A DNA stretch of 64,000 nt, taken from a virus. Within the stretch, counting starts at the first letter, position 1. Each line of letters opens with the position of its first letter. The stretch lies in the IMG/VR virus record IMGVR_UViG_3300030339_000006. One strand, 5' to 3'. The notes under the pieces are model-generated. The model searched no databases, was not told the origin of the DNA, and was given only the letters and a program-made list of their open reading frames with translations. Made by a program: the position numbers and the translations under genes. Positions 32,296 to 41,874 of this stretch are shown here, piece after piece.

Positions 32296-32750
32296 AGATG
32301 ATCGTCGCGATGGACCAGGACCAAGGGATTGGCTTCGAGGGTGGGCTGCTTAAACACCTGCACGGCGACCTTCCTAGGTTCCGCGATATGACTTGGGGTC
32401 ACCCGATTATCATGGGCCGCTTGACGGCGTCGAGCCTACCGAAAGCTCTTCCTGGTCGTGAGAACTGTGTGGTCTCGCACCAACCGTATGACCGTGAAGG
32501 TTTCGGCTGGTGGAACACCAAGCAGCTGTCAGACTTCTGCCAGAATCCACCGGTCTGGGACTCGTGGATTATCGGTGGCGGACAGATCTACGCGTTCTGC
32601 CTCCCGTTCATCGATGAGCTCTACGTGGCCCACTTTGAGCAAACTGCTGTTATCCCGGATACGTTCTTCCCAACGTTCCTTCCGGACTTCCGTGCTGTAG
32701 ACCGTCAGGACTGCGGCGATCATGAGTTCGTCAAATACGTGAGAAAGTGA
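32289..32750 (+). CDS. folA: dihydrofolate reductase
   Basis: MIVAMD...IG, DL..F...T, IMGR.T..SL..ALPGREN, IIGGGQIY, DTFFP. Confidence 0.95.
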   Translation: MLKMIVAMDQDQGIGFEGGLLKHLHGDLPRFRDMTWGHPIIMGRLTASSLPKALPGRENCVVSHQPYDREGFGWWNTKQLSDFCQNPPVWDSWIIGGGQIYAFCLPFIDELYVAHFEQTAVIPDTFFPTFLPDFRAVDRQDCGDHEFVKYVRK

Positions 32751-33970
32751 TGAATATTCCTGAGTACTACCTGAACCTCCTGGGCGGCTGGAACGGCGCC
32801 GACGATGAGACCCACTACGGGGCCCGCCCTATCCTGGCCGCCATCATGTCCCACTACAAAGTCCGTGCGACGACGAAAACCGACCTGGTCCGTGAGATGG
32901 GTCTCGGGGCTACTCCGGGCTTCCTGCTCGGTCAGCGTGAGACCACGATGTCGTCCTACTACGTGAAGAACTACGAGCACCGCCGCTTCTGTTCTCGCTT
33001 GGTGGAATTCAAGAAGGTCGGCCGTACGTTTAACTACCTGCTCAACTGGGACGTGGTCAGCGACACCGACTTCAACATGGGTTTCTATTCGCCGAACTGG
33101 TCGTCAATCGCTCAGGTATATTGGTGGGGCCGCTTGATGTTCGGTCACAACGTGATTCCGGAGAGCGTGATTACCGTTCTGCGTTCCCGTATGGTCGTCA
33201 AGAATGACCGTCGGGACGAGTACCGCAACGCGTACAACCCGTTTGTCGTGCAGTTCCTTCGGGATAATGACCTGATGCCGACGGGGAATCATCACCCGGA
33301 AGCACGGGCCGGTAACTCGGTGCTGGACCGTGAAATCCCTTACTGGGAAGTCATGCTGTCCTTCGCATGCTCGATTGCCACTACGAACAACGTCGCCGGG
33401 TACTACTCGTCACTGGCGTCCCTCTCAAGAGTTCTTATCCCGCGTCCCGTCGATCATGATTCAGCTTCCGGTATGAAGATTGACTGCGTACAGGATGCCG
33501 AACGCAAATTAGATCCGTACTTCAAGTGGTGGGATCCTTCGAGTAGCCGTCCGCTGAACGGTTCGTGGCAGTACGGTATCGGTCAGCCGTCGATTGAGCG
33601 GGCACTGCGTCCTAATGGCTTCCCATCGAATGTCCGTGAGATGATCCCACTGTTTATGGGCCACCTTCACATGACCCCTCTAGAGGAGCAGCGTAACAAC
33701 TACAAGACACCGTACGTTGGCTACGACGTTAATATGTCCGGCCGTAATAAGTACGCGTATGCTCTTTCCTGCCTTCTGTACGAATTCGGCCTGTTGGTGA
33801 ACAACACAGCTCTCTTCGACCTGTCCATCCTGAAGCGGATTCGTGAAGAGAAAGAGTGGGATGATGCAGGTATCATTGCCGCGGCAGAGGGTCTATCCAT
33901 GCTGGGTATCAAGAACCACACCATCCATCGTATCGTCGGGTTTAATATCGAGCGTCAGAATCAGGTATAA
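32747..33970 (+). CDS. hypothetical protein (407 aa)
   Basis: Long ORF with phage codon bias. Confidence 0.75.
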   Translation: MMNIPEYYLNLLGGWNGADDETHYGARPILAAIMSHYKVRATTKTDLVREMGLGATPGFLLGQRETTMSSYYVKNYEHRRFCSRLVEFKKVGRTFNYLLNWDVVSDTDFNMGFYSPNWSSIAQVYWWGRLMFGHNVIPESVITVLRSRMVVKNDRRDEYRNAYNPFVVQFLRDNDLMPTGNHHPEARAGNSVLDREIPYWEVMLSFACSIATTNNVAGYYSSLASLSRVLIPRPVDHDSASGMKIDCVQDAERKLDPYFKWWDPSSSRPLNGSWQYGIGQPSIERALRPNGFPSNVREMIPLFMGHLHMTPLEEQRNNYKTPYVGYDVNMSGRNKYAYALSCLLYEFGLLVNNTALFDLSILKRIREEKEWDDAGIIAAAEGLSMLGIKNHTIHRIVGFNIERQNQV

Positions 33971-33998
33971 GTAAGGTGTAACCCACTAGGAGAATACC

Positions 33999-34613
33999 AT
34001 GAAATTAAGCTTGAAGATTGCAACCCTCCCGACCACCATGGTCGATTACTACCTGGAAAAGACCGAAGTACTGCAGGACACACTCTTGGCGGAAGAGGCG
34101 AATCTCTCACCGGAAGATCTTCGTCAACTGATCGGTATCGCTAACGCGGCCGTCGTGAAGAAGACCTTAGCCGAGCATCTGCCGGCCATTACGGAATCAG
34201 GCTTCTTCCAGGGTATCACTTCCTGGGAACGCTATGAAGTCGAATGGACCGACGAGCTCCGCTTCCTGTATTTCTATGAAGTGTTCCACGGTTGTCTGGT
34301 CAGAACGCTCGCCGAAGATCAGCTCGCCGGCCGTCGTGACATCAAGGGCACCGTAGAACGCTTCCGCGATATGCATGACCTTCGGGTGGCGTCAGAAGTA
34401 TCCCTGTCACTTAAGGACGTTCCAGAGGGTGTTGCCTCTCGCCTGCGAGCAACGGTGGAGGAAGTCAGTCGCGTGAACGTCGGGACGATGCTCGGGGATA
34501 CCAACTACAACATCTGGAAGGCGTTGGACTACTCGACTCAGGCCGGCAGTACTCTGGAAGGTCTCGAACCGCTGCTCCGCAAGTTAAACCCGATGCAGTT
34601 CGTTCTGGCATGA
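33999..34613 (+). CDS. hypothetical protein
   Basis: GGTATAAG at 33964, AGGAG RBS. Confidence 0.7.
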   Translation: MKLSLKIATLPTTMVDYYLEKTEVLQDTLLAEEANLSPEDLRQLIGIANAAVVKKTLAEHLPAITESGFFQGITSWERYEVEWTDELRFLYFYEVFHGCLVRTLAEDQLAGRRDIKGTVERFRDMHDLRVASEVSLSLKDVPEGVASRLRATVEEVSRVNVGTMLGDTNYNIWKALDYSTQAGSTLEGLEPLLRKLNPMQFVLA

Positions 34614-34957
34614 GCGTAGTATCGTCCAGGGAGAGTACCTTCTTCGGTGACTATCTGGAAGTCATCACCGACCACACCTCAGGAATGACTTACGTCAAAG
34701 CTAAAAGCCTGTGTAAGGTCTTGGGAATAGCCTGGCAAAGCCAGAGCACTAAGTTATCCGAGGATATCTACGGTCGTTATCGTAGTTTCTTCGGGAGTGC
34801 ACTCGGCCCGGGCGGTAAGAAGTATCGCTATGTCATGCTTCCGGTAGATACCCTCAAGCATTTTCTTGAAGACATCAACTTAAAGAACCTTGATCGAGAT
34901 ACCGCCAAGAAACTGGCAGACATCCGTGAAAGATTCACCGGGCCTAACTGCTTGTAA
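34610..34957 (+). CDS. P22_AR_N-like domain protein
   Basis: FFGDYL, YV..KSLCKVLGIAW.SQ..KL, GKKY...MLP. Confidence 0.75.
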   Translation: MSVVSSRESTFFGDYLEVITDHTSGMTYVKAKSLCKVLGIAWQSQSTKLSEDIYGRYRSFFGSALGPGGKKYRYVMLPVDTLKHFLEDINLKNLDRDTAKKLADIRERFTGPNCL

Positions 34958-34965
34958 CCAAAAAG

Positions 34966-35049
34966 ATTCAGGTATGGAGATCCCTCTAACCCTTCAAGTA
35001 TGACGATATCGTTACACTTGAATGGCTTGTCATTTGACAATACCTGAAT
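34966..35049. repeat. nested palindromic intergenic element
   Basis: ATTCAGGTAT...ATACCTGAAT enclosing TTCAAGT-ATGACGATATCGTTAC-ACTTGAA and TTGTCA-TT-TGACAA. Confidence 0.7.
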
Positions 35050-35106
35050 TCCCACCCCATCTGGTATAAGAACAGTGTAATCCCACTGTAGCTATAGAGG
35101 TTTCTA

Positions 35107-36030
35107 ATGAACAAAGTCAGTAAAGTGAATTTCTTCGGTGAAGACATTATCGTAATCGATTGTGAAGTAAAAGTTGCGGGTAAGACTGAGCACGTGCTAG
35201 GTGTTCCTGCAAAGCGTTTAGTTGAACAGTTGGGATTGGCGTGGCCGTCACAGCATGCAAAATTGATGGATGACGAAGATAACCGTTATGGCGTATTTGA
35301 AGCTCCACTGATCTCTCCAAATGGCAAGACTTACGATTCCCTGGTGATTCCTTACACGGCACTGAATGCATTCCTGTTCAGTATCAACCGTAAGAACCTG
35401 CCGGAGAAGATGATTCAGACAGAACTGTCCGGCGGCGGGATCCGTGAGGAAACCATCAAGCAGAAAATCATCCGTTATCAGGATGAATGTCAGTTAGTGC
35501 TGCATGATTATTGGACCCACGGTGCTGCGATCAATCTGCGTTCTAACTTCGCTGACGCGGAAGCCCAGAAGAACTATGACATCCTCGAAACGTCTCGTAA
35601 GCGTTATGAGAACATGTTCAATGGCCTGGTGCAGAACATCGTTGACTCTCAGGGTAAACGTGGTGAAGACTTCGAGCGTGGCGTGATTGAGTTTGCGGGC
35701 GTACTGGAAGAGCAGGTTCTGGAAGTCATCATGACCTGTATGGGTGCGGCTGAACTGGATACTCAGGCGATGACCATCCGTAAGCCAGGGGAAGCCGGTA
35801 AGCGTTATCTGACCGGTATGGAAGCGATCTATATCAGCATTCTGCAGAACTGTTTCTGTGACTTGATCGGTCTGTTCCGTCGTAAAGAGATCGGCGACGG
35901 TCGTAACTACGAAGCCATCCTCGATGAACTGCCGAAATACTTCGACGACTATCTGAGCAACGTCAATCGAGACGTCCTGATGATGCGTAACACGTTCAAC
36001 CGTGGTCGTGGTCTGTTCGCTCCAAACTAA
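35107..36030 (+). CDS. P22_AR_N-like DNA-binding protein
   Basis: VNFFG, RLVEQLGLAWPSQHAKL, FLFSIN, RYQDEC..VLHDYW..GAAIN; promoter at 35063. Confidence 0.85.
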   Translation: MNKVSKVNFFGEDIIVIDCEVKVAGKTEHVLGVPAKRLVEQLGLAWPSQHAKLMDDEDNRYGVFEAPLISPNGKTYDSLVIPYTALNAFLFSINRKNLPEKMIQTELSGGGIREETIKQKIIRYQDECQLVLHDYWTHGAAINLRSNFADAEAQKNYDILETSRKRYENMFNGLVQNIVDSQGKRGEDFERGVIEFAGVLEEQVLEVIMTCMGAAELDTQAMTIRKPGEAGKRYLTGMEAIYISILQNCFCDLIGLFRRKEIGDGRNYEAILDELPKYFDDYLSNVNRDVLMMRNTFNRGRGLFAPN

Positions 36031-36084
36031 TAAGTGCCCGGCTTCGGCCGGGCCATCCTTCACTCGCGTTCTTTTAGAGGCCTT

Positions 36085-36504
36085 ATGGAAATCACCGATA
36101 TTGCTGTTAACCCCCAGAACCTATCTGAATGGTCCTTCTCGACCGAGCCCGTTGACCTGGGTATCGCCACCTTCAGTGCCCGCTTGTTAAAGCCTCAGGC
36201 GTACAACGACTGCCTGACCGCCCACTTAACCCTCAATAACTTCCTGGATGACCAGCTCGGGGGCACCGAAGACTGGGGCAGTAAGTACGCCAACTGGTTA
36301 AACAGCATGGGCTTTGACCACCAGAGCGACGACGGGTGGTGGAATCTCATTGCCGTGACGCCTGGGAACATCCGGGCGTTCATCAAGTTCTGGGACGACG
36401 ATGAGTATCAAGCTGTCGTCCTGGCCGCCACCGAACGCTACAACCGCAAGAAGTTCAAACACGACTTCACCCTCGTGAGTGACTTCGTTGAGGTGCTCGG
36501 GTAA
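36085..36504 (+). CDS. hypothetical protein
   Basis: GAGG RBS. Confidence 0.65.
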   Translation: MEITDIAVNPQNLSEWSFSTEPVDLGIATFSARLLKPQAYNDCLTAHLTLNNFLDDQLGGTEDWGSKYANWLNSMGFDHQSDDGWWNLIAVTPGNIRAFIKFWDDDEYQAVVLAATERYNRKKFKHDFTLVSDFVEVLG

Positions 36505-36944
36505 TGCAGGTCATGATCGTCGTTCGTTCCGACCTGAAGGTCACCGTTCCCGGTTCAGCCCCCGCTACTCTGTCCGGTATTCTCTTTGAAGACGATTTCA
36601 TTCGCCCGGAGTGGATAGAGCGGATCCTCCGTGACACGACTGTTGAAGGGTTCTCTCGGCCGGCGTGGATAACCCTCGTCCGGTCCGTAATGAGCTCCGT
36701 CAGCAAAGGGACCGCCACTGTGTATAAACGTTCCGGTGCGGTAGAGATTATCGTCATGCACGCCGCCCGTGGCCTGTCCGACATGGAACCCCTGAAGTTA
36801 AAACCAGTGGACGTCCCCCGTCGATATCGGGTACACTCTACGAGCGGGCGTAGTGTAACGGATGCACAGTGGTCTTCTAAGCCTTTAGACCGGGTTCGAA
36901 TCCCGGCGCCTGTACCAAAGGAAATTGTATGCTCCTCAAGTTAA
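36504..36944 (+). CDS. hypothetical protein whose 3' end overlaps tRNA-Arg
   Basis: TAATG coupling. Confidence 0.5.
   Translation: MQVMIVVRSDLKVTVPGSAPATLSGILFEDDFIRPEWIERILRDTTVEGFSRPAWITLVRSVMSSVSKGTATVYKRSGAVEIIVMHAARGLSDMEPLKLKPVDVPRRYRVHSTSGRSVTDAQWSSKPLDRVRIPAPVPKEIVCSSS
36844..36917 (+). tRNA. tRNA-Arg(UCU)
   Basis: GCGGGCG/CGCCTGT, CT-TCT-AA loop, CCGGG-TTCGAAT-CCCGG, ACCA. Confidence 0.8.
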
Positions 36945-37138
36945 AAATCTGGTGGTTTAAACGTCGCCTTCGCCGCATGATCATAAGCTTCAACCAAGAT
37001 TACTCCGATTACAATGGTGGAAATCACATTACGGGTATTATCAGTGGTGGTTTGTACTGTCGTCGAAAGGCGGATATCGAAACTGTGAAAGACAAACTCC
37101 GAGCCATCGACCCTAACTGCCCTAAACGTAAGCCATAA
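36929..37138 (+). CDS. hypothetical protein
   Basis: AAGGA RBS. Confidence 0.55.
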   Translation: MLLKLKIWWFKRRLRRMIISFNQDYSDYNGGNHITGIISGGLYCRRKADIETVKDKLRAIDPNCPKRKP

Positions 37139-37190
37139 TCGCCAATCTCCGTGGTATAAGTAAGGTGTAAACAACCACAGGAGAACTATT

Positions 37191-37481
37191 ATGTTCGGTA
37201 AAGATCCCCGCGAGAAATTCACAGAAGACCTCGATCAGTTTGATTTCAGTGCTGCTTTCGGCAGCTTCCTTAAAGACAACATGCTCCTCTGCTTCATCAT
37301 CCTGGCCGCTTCACTCGGTGCCGTCGTCTTCAACGGTGCCCGCGGTATCCTCTCCAACAAGAAAGTCGGCACTATCCTGCTGGCCATTATGGTCTGTCGT
37401 GCTTACCATGCAGGCTCCACTCGTACCATCGTAATAACCGAAAAGGAAGTGAAAGATGATAATTCAACAGATACAGTCTGA
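37191..37481 (+). CDS. membrane protein
   Basis: Two hydrophobic helices; promoter at 37153. Confidence 0.65.
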   Translation: MFGKDPREKFTEDLDQFDFSAAFGSFLKDNMLLCFIILAASLGAVVFNGARGILSNKKVGTILLAIMVCRAYHAGSTRTIVITEKEVKDDNSTDTV

Positions 37482-37872
37482 TCTAACCAAGTACCGTCAA
37501 TACGGTGATTTAGAGCGCTCCAAACTGCTGGCCATTCTGGCGGGTGAAATGGATAACACGGCACGTCGTCTGGGTAAGACCGGCGACATGCTGCTGGATG
37601 ATGGTGCAAATGAAATCATCAAGCGTCACCTGAAACACGCTGGCATTACCCTGACGATGAATCCCACTGACCCTACTGCGAAGTTGGTCATTGAGCTTTA
37701 TAGTCACTACCTGGCGTCGGATGTCATGTCCGATGCTGAACTAACCCGTCGTATCCTTGATTGCGAACATCGCGAACCTAAACAGATCCTCCGCTACCTG
37801 AAGTCGAACTACGGTATCGCAGTGGATTCTGAGCGGGCACAGCGTGTCGTTGAAGGGATCTTCGGTAACTGA
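37456..37872 (+). CDS. YqeY/GatB-domain protein
   Basis: QIQSDL......D......L...GE, DD....IIK, E.....YL...MSDAEL, ...YLK..Y...VD. Confidence 0.7.
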   Translation: MIIQQIQSDLTKYRQYGDLERSKLLAILAGEMDNTARRLGKTGDMLLDDGANEIIKRHLKHAGITLTMNPTDPTAKLVIELYSHYLASDVMSDAELTRRILDCEHREPKQILRYLKSNYGIAVDSERAQRVVEGIFGN

Positions 37873-38049
37873 CAGGCTTCGGCCTGTTTTTTTGAGGAGG
37901 ATGCATGACTCAATGTGTCTACTGCAACCGTGCAGCCAAAGAAGTAATCGATACGGACCAAACTAAGTACTGTCACTGCGATAACTGCCACGAAGACTTC
38001 GTGACGGCAGATCAACAAGCCTACAACCGGATAATCTGGGAGAATAAGA

Positions 38050-38850
38050 ATGAACTATCATCAGGGTCAAATTGACGCACGCGTTGCTCTGCTGGATGTT
38101 ATCTATAAGGTGGATCCCCTGATCGCTGGGGATATCATCAATAAAGCCGAAATGGCCGTCACCGGGACGCCGGAGTATCTGCAGGGTTTCAGTGAGTACT
38201 GTGACAGCAAGTGGCGTGAACTCAAACTGGATGGGCCGCGGGTAACCCACGACGAACTGGTGAAGGACTTCGGTATCGCCGGTACGCACCGCCGTCTGTT
38301 CAATGCTCGCCGCCTGGCTCAGGATTCCCATGAAGGGCAGTGGCGTAAAGGAGCGGAAGAGCCGTACTTCAATCACGTCTATCGCGTGTCCCAGTCGGTG
38401 GCAAACTACCTGGCCTTGAAGGGAATGACCTTCGCCTTCGAGCGGCACTCCGTGGACATGATGATTGCGGCGTTGTTGCATGACGTGGTCGAGGACTGCG
38501 ACGTTACGCTGGATGAAGTCCAGAGCCTGTTCGGCCTGCGGGTTCGTACCTGGGTAGATGGCTTGACGCACATCATGGTTGGTGTCAACCGGGCGGACCG
38601 GGAGTATAAGACGCGTCAGAAACTGATGGCGGCGCCGTGGGAGGTGAAGTTGATCAAGTGCTTTGACATCTATGATAACGCGAAGAGCATGGCGATCGAT
38701 GATCCCGGCTTCGGCGTTCTGTGGTATCAGGAGAAGTTGGAACTGGTGAGAGAAGGGTTCCTGGCAGAAATGCCCGCGTTAGTGCGAGATCTCGTCCAGG
38801 GAACCCTGACTATGGGTCACGCTCTTAGCTTAGCACTAACTAAGAAATAG
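38050..38850 (+). CDS. (p)ppGpp hydrolase-like HD protein (small alarmone hydrolase / Mesh1 type)
   Basis: A...HEGQ.RK...EPY..H, AALLHDVVED, V..LT, K..D..DN. Confidence 0.85.
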   Translation: MNYHQGQIDARVALLDVIYKVDPLIAGDIINKAEMAVTGTPEYLQGFSEYCDSKWRELKLDGPRVTHDELVKDFGIAGTHRRLFNARRLAQDSHEGQWRKGAEEPYFNHVYRVSQSVANYLALKGMTFAFERHSVDMMIAALLHDVVEDCDVTLDEVQSLFGLRVRTWVDGLTHIMVGVNRADREYKTRQKLMAAPWEVKLIKCFDIYDNAKSMAIDDPGFGVLWYQEKLELVREGFLAEMPALVRDLVQGTLTMGHALSLALTKK

Positions 38851-39360
38851 TGACCGTTCGGCTTGGCGTCTTTTAACCAAACCCCCCATGACGACGCCAC
38901 CGGATTTGGTCCACTGGAGCAAGCCATTAGCAGCTGCCGTAAAGGCACCCGCCCGTAGGTTTCGAAGAATACTTGAAGTAGCACCACTGCGTAAGGTAAT
39001 AAGTCCATCTTTAACTCCTTTTGAGCCTGGACCTACATTGTACACAAAGGACACTAACGCATCAAACTGATTCTGATTTAGTTTGACTGGCGGCGTTCCG
39101 GCGATGACCTGTTTGTTAATCACGTCCTCCGCCCACTTCACGTCAGCGGCAAAGAGTGCATCAATCTGAGCCTGCGTCAGTGTCACGCGATCGTACTGCG
39201 TGTCTGTTTTCTTCACCAAGTGACCGATCCCGATCGTTGGGAAACCTACTGCGTCGGCTGCACGAGCAATCGTCTTGCCGGTTTTGTCATCATAAAGCTG
39301 TGCTCGAGACCCTTCGAAGAGGGCCATCTCGGCACGCCCCTTACTACTTAATGTCATCAT
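38836..39360 (-). CDS. endolysin, GH24 phage lysozyme
   Basis: EG....YDD...TIGIGH, QNQFDALVSFVYNVG, GLVKRR.AE..LF; GGAGG RBS. Confidence 0.92.
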   Translation of the reverse strand: MMTLSSKGRAEMALFEGSRAQLYDDKTGKTIARAADAVGFPTIGIGHLVKKTDTQYDRVTLTQAQIDALFAADVKWAEDVINKQVIAGTPPVKLNQNQFDALVSFVYNVGPGSKGVKDGLITLRSGATSSILRNLRAGAFTAAANGLLQWTKSGGVVMGGLVKRRQAERSLFLS

Positions 39361-39392
39361 AGACACCTCCAATCGTATTTTAAAGGATCACT

Positions 39393-40019
39393 ATGAAAGT
39401 TCTCGGTAAAGAAGTCCCCTTGGTAAACGGGATGTATGATCTCAACTTCATCGCCTTCGTTATGGGGCTGGAAGAAGAGAAGAGCCCTCAGGTCTGGGCG
39501 AGTAAGCTCCCAGGGTTCGCCGCCTGTGCCCTTCGCTTAACCCCTGAGCGTGTCTATGCGGATGAAGAATATACAGAGTTCTATCTGGACTGGTTGTTAC
39601 CGGTAGTGCTGGACGCGGATGATCGCCGAGTTCAGCTCCTTAACGGTGGGGTCCTGGAGACGCTCGGCGTTGTACGCGGGAGCACTACTGAGGCCTTCGA
39701 GGTCATATGGATCGGTGACGTGGCATTATTCCCGAAGAATGGCCTGTATCAACTCTCCCGGGTTCAGTACGGGATGCAGCGTAAGGCTAATCTGTCAGTA
39801 CATTCCTTTGCAGAACGTCTGCCTGGACAGCACAAGCCTTACGTCAAGGTAGAGCTTCGCAAAGAGTGCTACTGGGGTAACAAGGCAGCGGTCTACGAGT
39901 ATCTGGCTCAAGGATACCCGGAGATGCAGGCGGCCCTGGTTATGACCGGCAGTATCCTCCGCAAGGCAATTCCTAACGAACTCACTAACAAACTGGCGAC
40001 AATCTCACTATGGCAATAA
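39393..40019 (+). CDS. tandem KilA-N-like DNA-binding protein
   Basis: NGMYDLN...P..W and NGLYQL...YWG...VYEY repeats. Confidence 0.5.
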   Translation: MKVLGKEVPLVNGMYDLNFIAFVMGLEEEKSPQVWASKLPGFAACALRLTPERVYADEEYTEFYLDWLLPVVLDADDRRVQLLNGGVLETLGVVRGSTTEAFEVIWIGDVALFPKNGLYQLSRVQYGMQRKANLSVHSFAERLPGQHKPYVKVELRKECYWGNKAAVYEYLAQGYPEMQAALVMTGSILRKAIPNELTNKLATISLWQ

Positions 40020-40435
40020 CACACACGATTCTCTACTTCATGATCGGCATCGTTTTCACGTCGATCTCCCTGGCCAACGCCTTCAACTCCCCGAAAATCA
40101 AGGAGTGGATGGATGACATTTCCGGAATAGCCCTCCTGGTTGTCTTGATCAGTATGGGCGTCGGGTATGTCTCGGCGACCGGAGCGATGGTACTCATCGA
40201 AGGGTGGGCAGTGAATTTGTCGACGCTGGATGGTCCGACACTGGCACTCTTCTGGGTATTCGTTGTCCTAACAGGTGTCGCTGCGTTCGTGGCTTGCCTG
40301 CAGACTGATTGGTACCCCGCGGTATGTGATGGTATGGAAGACTCGTCTTCCGGAGTAGTGGTTATTTTCTCTGCCGCCACGTTCTTCGGGATCGGCTTCC
40401 TGCAAACCTTTGCTCTCTTCCACTGGATATTGTGA
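40010..40435 (+). CDS. multi-pass membrane protein
   Basis: Four hydrophobic segments. Confidence 0.65.
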   Translation: MAITHTILYFMIGIVFTSISLANAFNSPKIKEWMDDISGIALLVVLISMGVGYVSATGAMVLIEGWAVNLSTLDGPTLALFWVFVVLTGVAAFVACLQTDWYPAVCDGMEDSSSGVVVIFSAATFFGIGFLQTFALFHWIL

Positions 40436-40740
40436 TGTGGGCCCGCATTAAGTGCTTCTTCCTGGGCCACTTCTACTTCCCATCCCACACCGTCCGAAGC
40501 TGCAATGTTCAGTACACCTGTGAGTGCTGCGGTCAGAAAACGGAGTGGATGCATAAAAAAGAGCATCGTGAGTTCATCGATAAACATTGCCCAACGTGGG
40601 GAGATCGCGGAAGCGACTCCCAGGGTTATTCAAGAGGATATCAGCATGAGATCAATCATCATGCCCCCGTCGGAAAGAAGCATCGAGGCTCCAAACGGCG
40701 GGTGGCAAAAAGGCGTGTACCTGGTGGACGTGGCGTTTAA
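40432..40740 (+). CDS. hypothetical Cys/His-rich protein
   Basis: KCFFLGH...C..CG. Confidence 0.5.
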   Translation: MMWARIKCFFLGHFYFPSHTVRSCNVQYTCECCGQKTEWMHKKEHREFIDKHCPTWGDRGSDSQGYSRGYQHEINHHAPVGKKHRGSKRRVAKRRVPGGRGV

Positions 40741-40912
40741 CAAGAATAATCCCATTCACGGGGCCATTCTGTGCACACCCTTCGTGAGGGGCGGTCAGCC
40801 GTTCAACGAGACTCTCTTCTGCCATTGCTGGGAAGAGAATCACCAGATCCGTGACATGCATTACCTCAAAGTCATCAGCTACTCGAAGACCCTGACGAGG
40901 CACCTGGCATGA
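40646..40912 (+). CDS. hypothetical protein
   Basis: GAGG RBS; YLVDVAF...NPIH. Confidence 0.5.
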   Translation: MRSIIMPPSERSIEAPNGGWQKGVYLVDVAFNKNNPIHGAILCTPFVRGGQPFNETLFCHCWEENHQIRDMHYLKVISYSKTLTRHLA

Positions 40913-41100
40913 TAATCGTCTGTGCACTCATCTTCGCCCAATTGATGCTCTGGGACTTCCCCGATGAAATCATCCAAAGGGCGATAAAGAAGAGAGGTAA
41001 CTGGGCGCTCCTGCTGGGTTGGCTCGTTTGGTTGGGCACCTTCATCATCGGGTTGGTTCTCTCCTATCTCGTCAACGTGTTCGTGGTGGAGGTACTGTGA
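40909..41100 (+). CDS. small membrane protein
   Basis: Hydrophobic, coupled. Confidence 0.5.
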   Translation: MIIVCALIFAQLMLWDFPDEIIQRAIKKRGNWALLLGWLVWLGTFIIGLVLSYLVNVFVVEVL

Positions 41101-41269
41101 GTCTAATGTCGTTCTTCATCTGGCAGTTGGGGATCATCCCTTTCGGTTCCTTCGGCATTTTCGGGTATAAGTTTATTAAGGGCGCCGATGGTGCTCTCTG
41201 CTGGATTGGCGGGACGACCACTATTTTGGTCTGCACGCTGATCTTCAAACTAGTAACAGGACGCTAAGA

Positions 41270-41773
41270 ATGACAAAGCTATTTCTGGGCGTTGACCCCG
41301 GTTGGAAGAATCTCGGATGGTCAGTGACCGATGAGAAAGGCCGTTACATCAAGTCAGGATCGGTTGACCCCAGCACGCTCCCGCTGGGTTCGATCGGTCA
41401 GTACCTGCTGTCGCAACTCGAAGAAGAAGCACCGTTTCTCGCCGGCATGGCCATGGAGCGCTACGTGGTCTACAAGGGTAAGTACAACTCGGACTCCGAG
41501 CACATCCTCTTGGTCACCGGGGCCCTCCAAGCGCTAGCATGCCAGCTGGGTATCCCACTGGACATGTACAAAGCGATCGACTGGAAAACCCGAGCAGCTA
41601 AGTTCATCTACAAGACTACCCGTCAGGAGAATCCGTCCGATCGTCTGGACAAAGTGTTCTCCATGTTCGCCGCCTTGGTTCTCCTGGAAGTTGAGTTCGA
41701 ATCGGATCACGAGGCAGACGCATCCTGTCTGTCCTGGTTCGCAGGAATGGCCTGGCGAGCTTCAAACAGGTAG
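41270..41773 (+). CDS. ruvC: RuvC-like Holliday junction resolvase
   Basis: LGVDPG..N.GW, MER, WK, DK, DHEADA. Confidence 0.85.
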   Translation: MTKLFLGVDPGWKNLGWSVTDEKGRYIKSGSVDPSTLPLGSIGQYLLSQLEEEAPFLAGMAMERYVVYKGKYNSDSEHILLVTGALQALACQLGIPLDMYKAIDWKTRAAKFIYKTTRQENPSDRLDKVFSMFAALVLLEVEFESDHEADASCLSWFAGMAWRASNR

Positions 41774-41874
41774 AGCTATACAATCACCCTGCTTCACCTC
41801 AAAAGTCCGTAGCGAGCGTCTCAGAGCGTTCTAGAGGACATACTCAAAAACCTTAATCTGTCAGGAGTTACAAA

